Part shown: positions 13,612 to 26,884 of the stretch, one piece after another
How the letters are laid out: each line of letters starts with the position of its first letter
Position numbering within the stretch: the first letter of the stretch is position 1
Assembly (NCBI RefSeq): GCF_964204645.1
Contig: NC_134030.1
Coordinates: 21,164,210-21,228,209, forward strand
DNA: 64,000 bases
Reading direction: 5' to 3'
DNA from: Tubulanus polymorphus
Lineage: Eukaryota; Animalia; Nemertea
Program-made: the position numbers and the translations under genes
The notes under the pieces: generated by a model
What the model was told of the DNA's origin: nothing
Databases searched by the model: none
The model's input: the letters and a program-made list of their open reading frames with translations, nothing else

Positions 13612-14510
13612 GTTAGATTTGTTGTAGGACCAGAAAATGAGCTTGGACTGGTCTTAAGTTGTTAGATTAGTTTTAGCACTTGAATGAGTTTCGACTGGCG
13701 TGTCTTAAGCAGTTAGATTGGTTTTCGAACCATACAATAAGCTTAAACTGGTCTTAAGTTGCTAAATTAGATATAGAACGAAAATGAACTTAGCCCGGTC
13801 TCAAGTTGTTAGCTTAGTTTTAGGACTTATGAGCTTAGACTGGACTTAAGTTGTTAGATTGGTTTTAGAACAATACAATAAGCTTATAGACTGGTTGATC
13901 AATAGAATGAAAAACTGAAGTGAGCTTAGACTGGTCATAAGTTGTTAGAATGAGGAACTGAAGTGAGCTTAGAACTAAAATGAGCTTAGACTGGTCATTA
14001 GTTCTTAGATTGAGGAACTGAAGTGAGCTTAGACTGGTCTTGTCAGTTAGATTGGTTATAGAACTAGAATGAGCTTAGACTGGTCATAAGTTGTTAGATT
14101 GAGGAACTGAAGTGAGCTTAGAACTAAAATGAGCTTAGACTGGTCATAAGTTGTTAGAATGAGGAACTGAAGTGAGCTTAGAACTAAAATGAGCTTAGAC
14201 TGGTCATTAGTTCTTAGATTGAGGAACTGAAGTGAGCTTAGACTGGTCTTGTCAGTTAGATTGGTTATAGAACTAGAATGAGCTTAGACTGGTCATAAAT
14301 TGTTAGATTGAGGAACTGAAGTGAGCTTAGAACTAAAATGAGCTTAGACTGGTCATAAGTTGTTAGATTGAGGAACTGAAGTGAGCTTAGACTGGTCTTG
14401 TCAGTTAGATTGGTTATAGAACCAAAATGAGCTTAGACTGGTCATAAGTTGTTAGATTGAGGAACTGAAGTGAGCTTAGACTGGTCTCAAGTAGTCAGAT
14501 TGGAACCAAA
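13612..14510 (-). repeat. 47-bp satellite variant array with higher-order (~209-bp) periodicity
   Basis: Variant CTGGTCATTAGTTCTTAGAT recurs at 13991 and 14200. Confidence 0.85.
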
Positions 14511-14977
14511 ATTCCCTCAGAATGTCTTGAATCAATCTATGATATTCGAGTAACCGCTATATGGTATCGGGTAAGATGCTGTTACAGTAATCGCCCCGCG
14601 GGAGCCTCTCTCTCCCTGTGAGCAGGTATGACTCGCGCTAGCTGCTGTAACTGTGCTATTATTACCCATCGCGAGCCTCGTCGCTGGTGATTCCCAGTTT
14701 TCACCAGGTGAGCACGTTTATGATTACCTCAGATCAGCTGTGGAGACTGTGTTAGCAGGAACTGAGCAGCGTACAGACCAGCTCTTTAACAAAGGACAAA
14801 CAATATCGCTCTTAATTAACTCACCGCTGTTTAGTGATAACCGCGATCGATAATTACAGGATTTTAATATTTTCGGTTTTTTCGCTCGTTAAACTGAAGG
14901 TGAGTTGTTTAACTACAGAACTAGGATCATCGCGGGATTCATGTTTGGTAGCTCATTTTGTTTATTACGTTTGTGGC

Positions 14978-15725
14978 AACTTCAGACCAGTCTAAACTCA
15001 TTTTGCTTCTATAACCAAACAAACAACTTGAAACCAGTCTAAGCTCATTATGGTTCTTTAGTTGATATTAAGACGTAGCTTATAAGACCAGTGTAAGTTC
15101 ATTTTGGTTCTTACAACTTAAGATCAAGCCATTTCGGTTTTAGTTTTATAAACAATCCAGCTGCCTTAAGACTAATTTAAGCTCATTTTAGTTCTATAAC
15201 AAATCTAACAACTTAAAACCAGTTTAAAAACTCATTTTGGTTCTATAACAAATCTCACAACTTAAGACCAGTTTAAAAACTCATTTTGGTTCTATAACAA
15301 ATCTAACAACTTAAAACCAGTTTAAAAACTCATTTTGGTTCTATAACAAATCTAACAACTTAAGACCATTTTAAAAACTCATTTTGGTTCTATAACAAAT
15401 CTAACAACTTAAGACCATTTTAAAAACTCATTTTGGTTCTATAACAAATCTAACAACTCAAGACCAGTTTAAAAACTCATTTTGGTTCTATAACAAATCT
15501 AACAACTTAAGACCAGTTTAAAAACTCATTTTGGTTCTATAACAAATCTAACATCTTAAGACCATTTTAAAAACTCATTTTGGTTCTATAACAAATCTAA
15601 CAACTTAAGACCAGTTTAAAAACTCATTTTGGTTCCATAACAAATCTAACATCTTAAGACCAGTCTTAAGTTGATTTTTGTTCTAGTTATATAACCAAAT
15701 TAACGACTTACACACCAGTCTGATC
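14978..15725 (+). repeat. 47/48-bp satellite array
   Basis: Tandem units, opposite orientation to 13612-14510. Confidence 0.88.
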
Positions 15726-16363
15726 ATTTAAGCAAAGTTTCAGACTGAAAGGTTCTTGAACGTGAAACATTTAATATTTTCTGAGATGCTTTCGACCCTA
15801 AATGATGAATCATGTGGTAATGCAAGTAGTTCGCACAACGTTTATCATGGCGAGCGTCAGTTCAACCTGCAGTCTCAACAATGACTTCAGAAATGCCCCT
15901 CGCGCGCTGCCTTTGTCGGCTATTGATTATGATAATTTCGTTAATTTCAATTTCATATCCCCGGCCGTGCCGCGCGGAGGTGCTATTCATACGGGTAATA
16001 AGTTAACATGTATCACTAGCCGCTACTCAAGGTTGTGCTGCTATATTTAAATTAGATTTCAAGTACGGCTACGGCGTGTGCCATTCAATTTTATGGTAAT
16101 TCTCCTGGACGGCAAAATTGCATAATAACGACTTGCTTTCAGTTTCACGGATGAGTTTGATTTGAATCTGAATCCAGTTCCACAGTTGTGTGGATTTAAT
16201 TTGACTCCGAACTAAGTTCCACAGTTGTGTGGGTTTGATTTGACTCTGGACCCAGTTCCACAGTTGTGTGGATTTAATTTGACTCAGGGCCCGGTTCCAC
16301 AGTTGTGTGGATTTAATTTGACTCAGGGCCCGGTTCTTATATCTCAGAATAAATAAAAAAATG

Positions 16364-16492
<129 letters not shown>

Positions 16493-16879
16493 ATATAGTG
16501 CTAGCAATTAGCAGGGTTTTAAACAATAGTAGATAGCTGCTAACAGCTTTGCCTACAGCTCATCAGCGTAACAGACCCATCAGGTCTTGTTACTGTAAAC
16601 AAGTGTTGTTGATTATTATTACGCAGGGGTTGAGGGCTGCAGCTAGTAATGTTTGGGTTATCTAACTTCTTCACCTAAGCGTAATATCAACATTTTCGGG
16701 CTAAATGTCTGCATTCTCGGGTGAATGCGAATTTTGAGGATTATGACGCACTCGAACAAAGGTTGCAGACATCGACAATTTGTTTGTATTTGCTGTCAAC
16801 ATTTTATGGGCTACTTATGATGGATTTGTATTTAAAGGAGAATTTTTTCGGCCAGTTTTTAAGTTTATGGATATTTGAA

Positions 16880-17250
16880 CAGAACTGAAATGAGCTCGAG
16901 ACTGGTCATTAATTTGTTAGAATGGTTATAGAACCAAGAGCTAAGACTGGTCTTAAGTTGTTTGAATGGTTATAGAACCAAAATGAGCTTAGACTGGTGT
17001 TAAGTTGTTGCATTTGTTATAGAACCAAAATGAGCTTAGACTGGTCTTAAGTTGTTAGATTTGTTATAGAACCAAAATGAGCTTAGACTGGTCTTAAGTT
17101 GTTAGATTGGTTATAGAACCAAAATGAGCTTAGAATGGTCTTAATTTGTTGCATTTGTTATAGAACCAAAATGAGCTCAGACTGGTCTTAATTTGTTAGA
17201 TTATTTATAGAATTAAAATGAGCCTAGACTGTTAGATTGACTATCGAACC
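16880..17250 (-). repeat. 47-bp satellite array
   Basis: Tandem units. Confidence 0.88.
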
Positions 17251-17497
17251 TATCGGTCATTAGTTACTAGGTAAAGAACCTATCGGTCATTAGTTACTAA
17301 CATTTTTTTGTTTAAGAACATGAGCTTAGACCGGGTCTTACAACCCAAAGATATGACGTAAGTTTATCCCTGACAATACTGTACTGCTTATCAGTTGAAG
17401 CACTGAAAAACAATATCTGCGTATCGTAATTGAGCTGTCTCATCGTGAGGACTCTACATCAAATAGCGCTTAACTTAAAAAACAGATTGTCGTGTAA

Positions 17498-17553
17498 ATG
17501 TGGGTTTTGAACCAGCGACCTCACGAGCGCCAGGCTAATACTCTACTGAGCCA
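17498..17553 (-). mobile_element. tRNA-like SINE head remnant
   Basis: Minus strand A-box-like TGGCTCAGTAGAG and B-box GGTTCAAAACCC. No complete cloverleaf. Confidence 0.4.
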
Positions 17554-17589
17554 TGAAGATTGGTCTGTAGGAATAGCATTAGTTCAATC

Positions 17590-17853
17590 ATTACTAAATA
17601 CTAGCACTTACTAAATACTAGCACTTGCTAAATACTAGCACTAACTAACTACTAGCACTTACTAAATACTAGCACTTACTAAATACTAGCACTTACTAAA
17701 TACTAGCACTAACTAACTACTAGCACTTACTAAATACTACCACTTACTAAATACTAGCACTTACTAAATACTAGCACTTACTAAATACTACCACTTACTA
17801 AATACTAGCACTTACTAAATACTAGCACTTACTAAATACTAGCACTTACTAAA
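17590..17853 (+). repeat. 17-bp minisatellite (CTTACTAAATACTAGCA)
   Basis: ~15 tandem copies. Confidence 0.92.
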
Positions 17854-18074
17854 TGCCCGATATCCTGATAAACCCGGTTGCACAGTTTTGTAGGTTTAAT
17901 TAGACTCTGAATTCAGTTCCACCGTTGCATGGACCCAGTTCCTATATGTCAGAAACCCACAAGCTGTGAGAACTGTTGGAAGGAACTGATTAACAGATAA
18001 AAGAAGTTTATATACGCAAGATTGAGCCATAAAAAGTTGATACAGATGAGAGAAAATATCTGATATTCTATACA

Positions 18075-18179
18075 CCCTTTCTCCCTCTCTCCCCCTATTT
18101 CTCCCTCTCTCCTTCCCTCCCTCTCCCATCTCCCCCTCTATCTCTCTCTCCCTCCCACCTTCCCCCCGTCTTTCCCTCT

Positions 18180-18249
<70 letters not shown>

Positions 18250-18410
18250 CCTATTTCTCCCTCTCTCCTTCTCTCCCATCTCCCCCTCTATCTCTCTCTC
18301 CCTCCCACCTTCCCCCCGTCTCTCCCTCTCCCCTCTCTCTCTCTCTCTCTCTCTCCCTCTCCCTCCCTCTCCCTCTCTCTCTCCCCCTCCCTCTCTCCCA
18401 CTCTCTCCCT
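18075..18410 (+). repeat. C/T-rich (CT)n tract (others at 30475-30695, 37665-37945, 40800-41280)
   Basis: Direct observation. Confidence 0.95.
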
Positions 18411-18754
18411 CGCACGCCGATAAGCTATGATCTAATGCACTGATCTCAACTTATCCGACGTTTCTTTTTAAATCCCCGCTTGAAATAAGGTAATTTCTAC
18501 TCATGAGAAAATTCTCCTCCCTTCGCGAGGTTCCGATTCGCTTCAGAAGATTTCTTCTTCCGTGCGTTTTTTTTCCCAAGGATTATCGCGGCGTCGTGGT
18601 TTTTTTCCTCCTCTAAACGGCCTCGTTAACGGCGGGGAATCCCCGTCGAAAATCTTATCCCGTCTCTCGACACCGAAAACAAGGCTGAAAGCTACGCGTA
18701 AAAAATTGTAAATACGTTTGCAGCGCTTCGTGAGCGCACCTGACTTCAACTGAT

Positions 18755-19084
18755 CATGGTTCCCACAGAACAGGGAAATTGAGAAAAACTTGGGAATTTG
18801 GAAATGATAATTCCCGGTTTGGAAATATTTGGGAATTTGAAAAATTTTCCTCAAATCAGGGAAATATTTGGGAAATTCATTACATTTCACGTATTGCATT
18901 TGCCGAGGGCAAATTTCTTCAGCGATTTCCCTCGGAAATCACCTTTATCAACCAGTCACCGCTAAAATGTTGACTGTAGCATGATGATATGTGTTCATTT
19001 GCATTTGGGAAAATTGAAAAATCACCCATGAAATATTTGGGAAAAACTTTGGAATTTTGAATTCATATAACTGTGGGAACCATG
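18755..19084. mobile_element. 330-bp non-autonomous DNA transposon with 14-bp TIRs and 6-bp TSD
   Basis: ACTGAT|CATGGTTCCCACAG...CTGTGGGAACCATG|ACTGAT. Internal GGGAAAT/GGGAATTT subterminal repeats. Superfamily unresolved. Confidence 0.82.
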
Positions 19085-19164
19085 ACTGATACTTTACAGT
19101 TCTTTCTAGAGAATTGGACTTCAGAAGTGGAAGTTCCGGAGACCTGTTGGGGACGTTAGGTTTA

Positions 19165-19378
19165 GAATGTTTACGATTCATTCATCGTTCATTGGATCAA
19201 GTACCGATAAAGAAACACATGGTCAATAATTTGATCAGAATTCCCTGAGTTTTCCAGCTTTTTTTTGGTAAAATTCCCGAATTTTTCTGATTCTTGCAGT
19301 TTTCCAGGTTTTCGGGTAAAATTTGTCGAATTTTCCCTTTTTTTTCGATTTTTCCGATTCCCTGAGTGGCCACCCTGG
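19165..19378 (-). mobile_element. Fragment of a related dispersed DNA transposon (copies at ~23930-24150 and ~61725-61860)
   Basis: Shared segment AAACTCAGGGA...GACCACGTGTTTCTTTATC...AATGAATGAATC at three loci. Terminus CAGGGTGGCCAC on the minus strand. Confidence 0.6.
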
Positions 19379-20997
19379 CATAGCTCGGACAGCGGGTATC
19401 CCCACACGGGAAAACCTGGTTACTATATAATTAACAGTGAAAATAACGAAATTCGGCGAAACAGCGGCATAGCTGCGACTTTCACGTTTTGATTTTTATT
19501 GATATTGAAAAACTCTTCGAAATATGCGTAAACCAGTGCAATATCCTTCCTAACCAAAACTATGATAACCAGTAAGGAAAGCATTTGCCATGGACCTTTG
19601 AGTCCCTGAAATCAGAATACGTTTTCGGATTCATTCCAGGCGGCCGAGAGTAATCGCTTTCAACTAACGCCAGAATAGCAGTTTCATTAGTTGAACCTGA
19701 TCTTTGTGAAAAAAAATCATGAACATATATGGATTTTATGATTTCGTTTTTGAAATAGTCGGGATCATTTGTAACCGATTGAATTCATCCTGTTCGTCTG
19801 AAATCCGAAGTCCGATTTAGGAGCAAAGATCGATACCAAATGTTGCCGTTTATTTCAATTAATTCCATTACACAAAAATGAACTCGCGATTGAAAAGGTT
19901 TTCATTTGAATTCGCGCCGTTCTAAACAAGCAATTAGCGATGTAAATTAACGAATTCGCTGACGAACGATTCAATTTGAATATCTGCAAAAAACCGACTT
20001 GATTTAGGGCGGAATTAAAGCGAGTGAATTGTAACGTTGTTTTAAGCGTAGATATTTCTCCGGATTCACTCGCGGAATTGTGCGTTATCGCGTGGAAAAA
20101 ATGAACGAACGAATGATCGCTTTATTTTCGAATATAGTTTACTGCATAGCCTACGAAAGCTTCATATAAAATAAAGTAAATTAGACTTGGAGGAGTCTGT
20201 AGAAACTAAGAAATCGTTTATATAAAACAGGTCCCTCAAAAGAGAAAAGTGAACATCAGAGAGGTTTTGTAAATGGTCGGAAAGTGGGCACTCGTTGAAG
20301 ACAATTGTTATAAGGGGTTCGAGCCGGTCAAAAGGCTGATAGTGTTGTATTCACAATGATCATGACTTCGCTAGTCAAGCTATTGAATTTGGAATAATGG
20401 ACCGCCTCGCCGGTGGTGGGGGGCCACTCTCGGCGTTAGGGGCGGGCGAATACTTCATCGACAAAGATGTTTATACAGCGAGAAAAGAAACCATCATCGA
20501 AAGATGACACTCGCCGTATATAGAAGTGTTAGTGGCATGTTTATATGACAAACCGCGTTCGGTGCTCCAAGCTGTGGCCAGAGTTTCTTGTCAAAGCTAC
20601 GCGGGTCACAGCTGCGTGGCTATTGTTATCGACGCTTCAGGCACCGCGTACACGCGAATGGCCCAACACGGCGCGCTCTCGTGGAGTCGGTCGTTTTCGT
20701 AATGTAACATGACTCCTGACGATGATGACTCTTTTCATGTAAGTCGTACAGTCATTAACACCTTAGATAGCGGGTAAGGTGATAATAGCAGCTTACATAC
20801 ACACACGCATAGGCACGCGCGTACTGGATACTTTGTCACAGGTAGGCGGCCATTTACCAAATTCAAGTTTTTGACGTACAAGTTCTACCTGTCAGTTGGA
20901 GAAAAAGAAAGATAATTTTGATGAAAAAACCAAAAGTTTTCGACTGAACTCATGTGAGACATTTTCTTGATAATTTTCTGCCTCTAACACAAGTATT

Positions 20998-21565
20998 TGA
21001 CGTTTAGACTCAATTTTATGAGACATTTTCAAAACTAAGAGAGTAGTGACGTTTAGACTCAATTTTATGAGACATTTTCAAAACTAAGAGAGTAGTGACG
21101 TTTAGACTCAATTTTATGAGACATTTTCAAAAACTAAGAGAGTAGTGACGTTTAGACTCAATTCTATGAGACATTTTCAAAAACTAAGAGAGTAGTGACG
21201 TTTAGACTCAATTCTATGAGACATTTTCAAAAACTAAGAGAGTAGTAGTGACGTTTAGACTCAATTCTATGAGACATTTTCAAAAACTAAGAGAGTAGTG
21301 ACGTTTAGACTCAATTCTATGAGACATTTTCAGAAACTAAGAGAGTAGTGACGTTTAGACTCAATTCTATGAGACATTTTCAAAAACTAAGAGAGTAGTG
21401 ACGTTTAGACTCAATTCTATGAGACATTTTCAAAAACTAAGAGAGTAGTGACATTTAGACTCACTTATATGAGACATTTTCAATAACTAAGAGAGTAGTG
21501 ACATTTTCAAAAACGAATATGAAACCTGAATATGAAGTTTTCATAGAATTAAGTCTAAACATCAC
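20998..21565 (+). repeat. 49/50-bp minisatellite, ~10 units, followed by one inverted partial unit
   Basis: TGACGTTTAGACTCAATTCTATGAGACATTTTC... units. TCATAGAATTAAGTCTAAACATCA at 21541 is the reverse complement. Confidence 0.9.
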
Positions 21566-21959
21566 GATTTTCTTCATAATAATTTTGACTGCAGAGTTAA
21601 AGTAATTGAAATGAACCTATTGATCTGACCAAGTGCATTCCAGGGATGAAATCACAAAATATTTGGAATAAAATTTGGCAACATTTCAACGGTTTCTAAT
21701 TAAAAGCTATACATGTGTGAAAAGGCTTATGACATGTAATAGATGGTATCATACACTGCAGTAGTTAGTCTCAGCTCCCTATTGCGAGCCTTTGTTCTCT
21801 AACCAGGGGACTTAATTAACATCATAATAAGCCTTACATAGTCACAGGTCAGATTTCAACATCCGTTCACCGCACACACGCAGTGGGGGAACATAAACGC
21901 ATTATATGAATAGGCTTAAATTGGATTTAAGATCACACTTCTGAATCCACTTCGATGGT

Positions 21960-22660
21960 TGTGTGGTTTGACTCTGAACCCAGTTCCACAGTAGTGTGGG
22001 TTTAATTTGGCTTTGGACCCGGTTCCAGTTGTGTGGGTTTAATTTGGCTTTGGACCCGGTTCCAGTTGTGTGGGTTTAATTTGACTCTGAACTCAGTTCC
22101 ACAGTTGTGTGGATTTAATTTGACCCTGGACCCAGTTCCACAGTTGTGTGGGTTTAATTTGACTCTTGATCCAGTTCCACAGTTGTGTGGGTTTAATCTA
22201 ACACTGAACCCAGTTCCACAGTTGTGTGGGTTTAATTTGACTCTGAACTCAGGTCCTCAGTTGTGTGGATTTAATTTGACCCTGGACCCAGTTCCACAGT
22301 TGTGTGGGTTTAATTTGGCTTTGGACCCAGTTCCACAGTTGTGTGGGTTTAATTTTACTGTTGATCCAGTTCCACAGTTGTGTGGGTTTAATTTTACTCT
22401 TGATCCAGTTCCACAGTTGTGTGGGTTTAATCTAACACTGAATCCAGTTCCACAGTTGTGTGGGTTTAATTTTACTCTGGACCCAGTTCCACAGTTGTGT
22501 GGGTTTAATTAGACTCTTGATCCAGTTCCACAGTTGTGTGGGTTTAATCCAACACTGAACCCAGTTCCACAGTTGTGTGGGTTTAATTTGACTCTGAACT
22601 CAGTTCCACAGTTGTGTGGGTTCAATTTGTCTCTGGATCCAGTTCGACAGTTGTGTGTGT
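21960..22660 (+). repeat. 39-bp satellite (CTGGACCCAGTTCCACAGTTGTGTGGGTTTAATTTGACT)
   Basis: ~17 tandem units. A short array also lies at 16165-16335. Confidence 0.92.
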
Positions 22661-24947
22661 TTAACTTTTAACTTTTATAGATGTTATTCCAGGTGTAACT
22701 AGTAATTACACCTAGCTAATCCCAGGAGTAGATTACATAATGACTGAGCCAATGATGTGGAGAGTCTGTATATTTAGTACACAGGGATCTGTATTTAATT
22801 TATTTATCTGATAACATGCTGGCAATGATTGCAGGAACTGGTCAGGGACTAATATCTTTAAGAGATTATATCTTTTAGTAAAGGTCAGTGCAGCGGAGTC
22901 TGAGGGTTTGCATATGTTAAGTCTACAGTTACCTGTGAGATACTTCATTACTGAATAATTTCAAATTTAGACGCAAAATATCGTTACTGATTTCAGCAAA
23001 GATTTTCAATTTAGACGCAAATTTTAAAGTAGATTTTGATATATTTCCTAAGTTTAGCTGGTCTATAGTTCAACAGAATCGGCCTAATTCGTAGTTTGTC
23101 CGCGGGCGGACCCAGCAGCAAGACCTGAAGATAATTTCTAAAGTCAAACATTAGTCTAAATAGGTATTGACTGGCTGAGGAAAATGATTTTATTAGAAAG
23201 CGCCTTAAGATGATTATGCAACGAAAATTTAGAAAATAAAATTTTTCGTCCCATTTGTGAGGACGTTTTCTGTTGTGTTAGCAAGGTCGTATTTTTATCT
23301 TGTTGGCTTCGACATTTTTGTCCTATTTGCCTGGATATTTTGCGTGGACATTTTAATCTCGCATTCACACACGCACACGCCTATTCTAGCCCGCTTTTAG
23401 GAACCACCATCTTGAACTGCAGATGATTTCTGAGTCTCGGCGCGCAAACCGACAAGATTTTAGGCTGGACGCGCATCTGTGGCCTGAGCAGACGCCACAA
23501 TCTGCTGCGGTCGTATTTTCATAAAGGCTTTGTAATGTTCTCTGTAGAAGAAACACTGCTGCACGGCGTAGAGATGATGTTGTGTATGGTTAGATATAGA
23601 GGTTTAGTGTGCACACCTGTCGCGGCTTAAAGAAAACCTCCTTTATATCCTATATGTCATTATTCTATCATCGCATGTATGAATAATCATTGCATTGCAT
23701 TTGATAACGCTCGGGATCGTGACTGACTAATTTGTACCTTATGGAAATATTGCTGCAGTCTCAGCCTATATCTATGAGTCCACCACGGTTGTAAGGGGGC
23801 TCGTACCCATTAGGTTCTTTCAGACCCTCTCTCGTGCGATGGGCACCGGTGACGACGAAATTACGCGCACTTACCGGGGCTCGAACTCGGGTCTCGTATT
23901 CGTAGAAAGCGCGGGGAAAGTGAACGTTTACAATTTGACAAATCTTACCAAAAATCTGGCAAACTCAGGGAGTGTAGATAACGCTATCGACCACGTGTGT
24001 TTCTTTATCAATACGCGATTCAATGAAAAATGAATGAATCTTAATATTCTAAGCCTAGAAAGTTTCTCAGATTCACTCGGGGAATTTTGCGTTTTCACAT
24101 GGAAAAATCACGAACAAAAATTAGGGAATTTGTAAATGGGTGGAAAGTTGCCTCCTTAAAAGTTCCCCAATTCCGGCGAAAAACATCGCGCCCTGTGTGT
24201 TGTCCGTATTTGCGTGAAATTCTTCGCTCGAGCAAGAGGCCGCTCACAGCATCAACCCTACTCTCACATGCTCGCTGATAATTATTATCACAAATTCGGA
24301 TTATTGCGATTATCAAGCAGCTCCTTACGATATCTAAAAGTGCTCAACGTATGAAAGCTATTTACTACTACTACGCTATGTATTTGTGTATAGATGTGGA
24401 GTGTATATCGCTGTAATCGGGGTCTCGTCGGTCCGCGATTCATCTCCGAGATTCATCAATACCAATTATAGGCTTCATCGATTCATTAATTGGTCGCGGT
24501 TAATAGTCGATTGATTCGGCTAATCGGTCGACGACTTGTACACCTCTTCGATCGACCGCCAGTCGACGACTGGTTGGCTTCATATACGCGCGCTGATTGA
24601 CTTCGTCGTGAGGTGGGGGGAATGACTCATCAGTCTCTTTGGAGAGTCGTTCAAGGTTTTGATTGTAATAAACCTATGAATCCTACATTATAAGAATCAA
24701 GATGGGAAAATAAATATAGCTGCAAAGCGGCGATATTGGGTTTTCAGCGGCAGGGTCAGGTTCAACTCAAAATTTTGGTATGGTTACTTTTGATAACTTC
24801 ACGCTTTTGACAATTCAAATCTAACCATTTCTAGCCTAAATCATTTCATGTAGTTGCGCCCTATGTTTTAGTTATAGTCAACAACCATATTTTAATGCTG
24901 TTAACTGAATAATTACCTGATTTAATTTGATGCCGTGGTTCATTAAG

Positions 24948-25196
24948 CAATGGTTTATGCTTACAGCATATCGTACCATGGTATGTGAAACAATGGTTTA
25001 TGCTTACAGCATATCTTACCATGGTATGTGAAACAATGGTTTATGCTTACAGCATATCCTACCATGGTATGTGAAACAATCGTTTATGCTTACAGCATAT
25101 CATACCATGGTATGTGAAACAATGGTTTATGCTTACAGCATATCATACCATGGTATGTGAAACAATGGTTTATACATACGGCGTATCGTACCATGG
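24948..25196 (+). repeat. 43-bp minisatellite with CATACCATGGTATG palindrome
   Basis: Period 43, ~5.8 units. Confidence 0.9.
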
Positions 25197-26308
25197 TAAT
25201 TTAAAGTCATTGAATGCTTTAAAAATCGGTACTGATTTCGTTTCTTGTGAATTTCTTCGCCGCACGCGTCAAATCGACTCTAAGAGTCGTCAGTCAATCG
25301 CTTTTAACGCTGTGTTGCCGATGGCGATATTTCGATTCACTCTAAAACTCTCTCCCGCGCTCGCTGTCGGCTTAGAATAACGTGTGACATTTAGTCGCGT
25401 CAGTTAAATTCCCGCGAGTCGTTTTGACGTGTTTCGCTCGCGTTCGAACGAATTACGTATCGATGGTTATGAGTTTTAACCGGCTCGGACGATCGCTGAG
25501 ATCTCCGACTTCATTCGTCGTCATAAATATACAATAGCGGCCATCTTGAATATCATTAATTCTCTGGTCAAATACGATGTATTTGTTTAAATTTTCAGTC
25601 TTACATGTTAAGTGTAATGATTATCTTTTTATAAAATTGCTCTATATAAAATATATTATTCCTATTATTATTAACTTTATCATTAAAAATATTATTATTA
25701 TCATTATTATTAATTAATCATTATGATGTATATGATAGCAGCCATCTTGAATATTAAGTTTTGGCTGGTTTAAACTAAATGATGTTAGCCATTTTGAATA
25801 CGATAGGTTTTATGGTCAAAATACACGATAGCAGCCATCTTGAATATAGGTATTTTTTAAGACTGAAATAAATGATGGTAGCCATTTTGAATACGATAAA
25901 TTTTTTTTCGATAGCAATCATCTTGACTAGTAGTATTTTTCGGATTGAAATAAATGATGGTAGCCATCTTGAATAATATCTTTTTTCTTGGCGAAATTTA
26001 TGATATTTTCGGTTTTTCGGTCGAATTCGGTTTTTCGGGTCAAATTCAGTTCGCGTGACTACTTTCGTAAGAAATGACTAACGGACTAGCGGACTAGAAA
26101 GCGAGTTTAATTCGATCATAAAACGATCGCGCGTCGCGGCGAAATTTAATTTCTGTCGTTATGACGACTTCAAACGCCGAGCGTCGCCTCGCGAGATTTA
26201 CGAAAAATCAGGTATTTCCGTTTTCGCGCGATGGAGACTTCGCCCCGCCCTGAGATATAATTTACTGGCTTGTTAATTTTCTCTTTTCATCTACGAAATA
26301 AATAACGC

Positions 26309-26612
26309 GTGGGGGGAGGAGGCACGGGGAGGTGGGGAGGAGGCACGGGGAGGTGGGGAGGATGCACGGGGAGAGGGGAGGATGCACGGGGAGAGGGGAG
26401 GAGGTGGGGAGGACATACGGGGAGAGGGGAGGATGCACGGGGAGGTGGGGAGGACGCACGGGGAGAGGGGAGGACACACGGGGAGGTGGGGAGGAGGCAC
26501 GGGGAGAGGGGAGGACGCACGGGGAGAGGGAGGATATACGGGGAGGTGGGGAGGAGGCACGGGGAGAGGGGAGGATGCACGGGGAGAGGGGAGGATGCAC
26601 GGGGAGAGGGGA
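26309..26612 (+). repeat. G-rich 20/21-bp minisatellite (GGGGAGAGGGGAGGATGCAC)
   Basis: ~15 units, each with two G4 runs. Confidence 0.92.
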
Positions 26613-26746
26613 GTCTGTGCTAGCGCTAGTTTTAACCGCGTTTGAAAATTTTGATTTCGTTAAAAGTTAACGAAGTAACAAAGACTGACTTGGACTTGGA
26701 CTCGGTTCCGCTGTCACAATTTGAATATCTGAACTCAGTTCATCAG

Positions 26747-26884
26747 GGGCCGGTTGCTTAGTCATGGCTTAGACTTAAGACCAATCTAAGACCAACTAAG
26801 TTCTTTAGCCAATCTAACAACTTAAGACCAGTCTTAAGATTTAAGACTACTTTTTGACTTAGGTCATGACTGTGCAACTGGCCC
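26747..26884. mobile_element. Harbinger-like MITE family A, second copy
   Basis: Near-identical to 27706-27844. Flanks CAG/CGG. Confidence 0.82.

Noticed and set aside
20400-20745. GC-rich segment with a ~60-codon open frame and a gtaagt donor at ~20739
   Set aside because: No recognisable protein similarity and no convincing acceptor.
26046-26211. Possible first non-coding exon (Inr-like TCAGTT to cag|gtattt)
   Set aside because: Weak donor and short common motifs; cannot be supported without transcript data.
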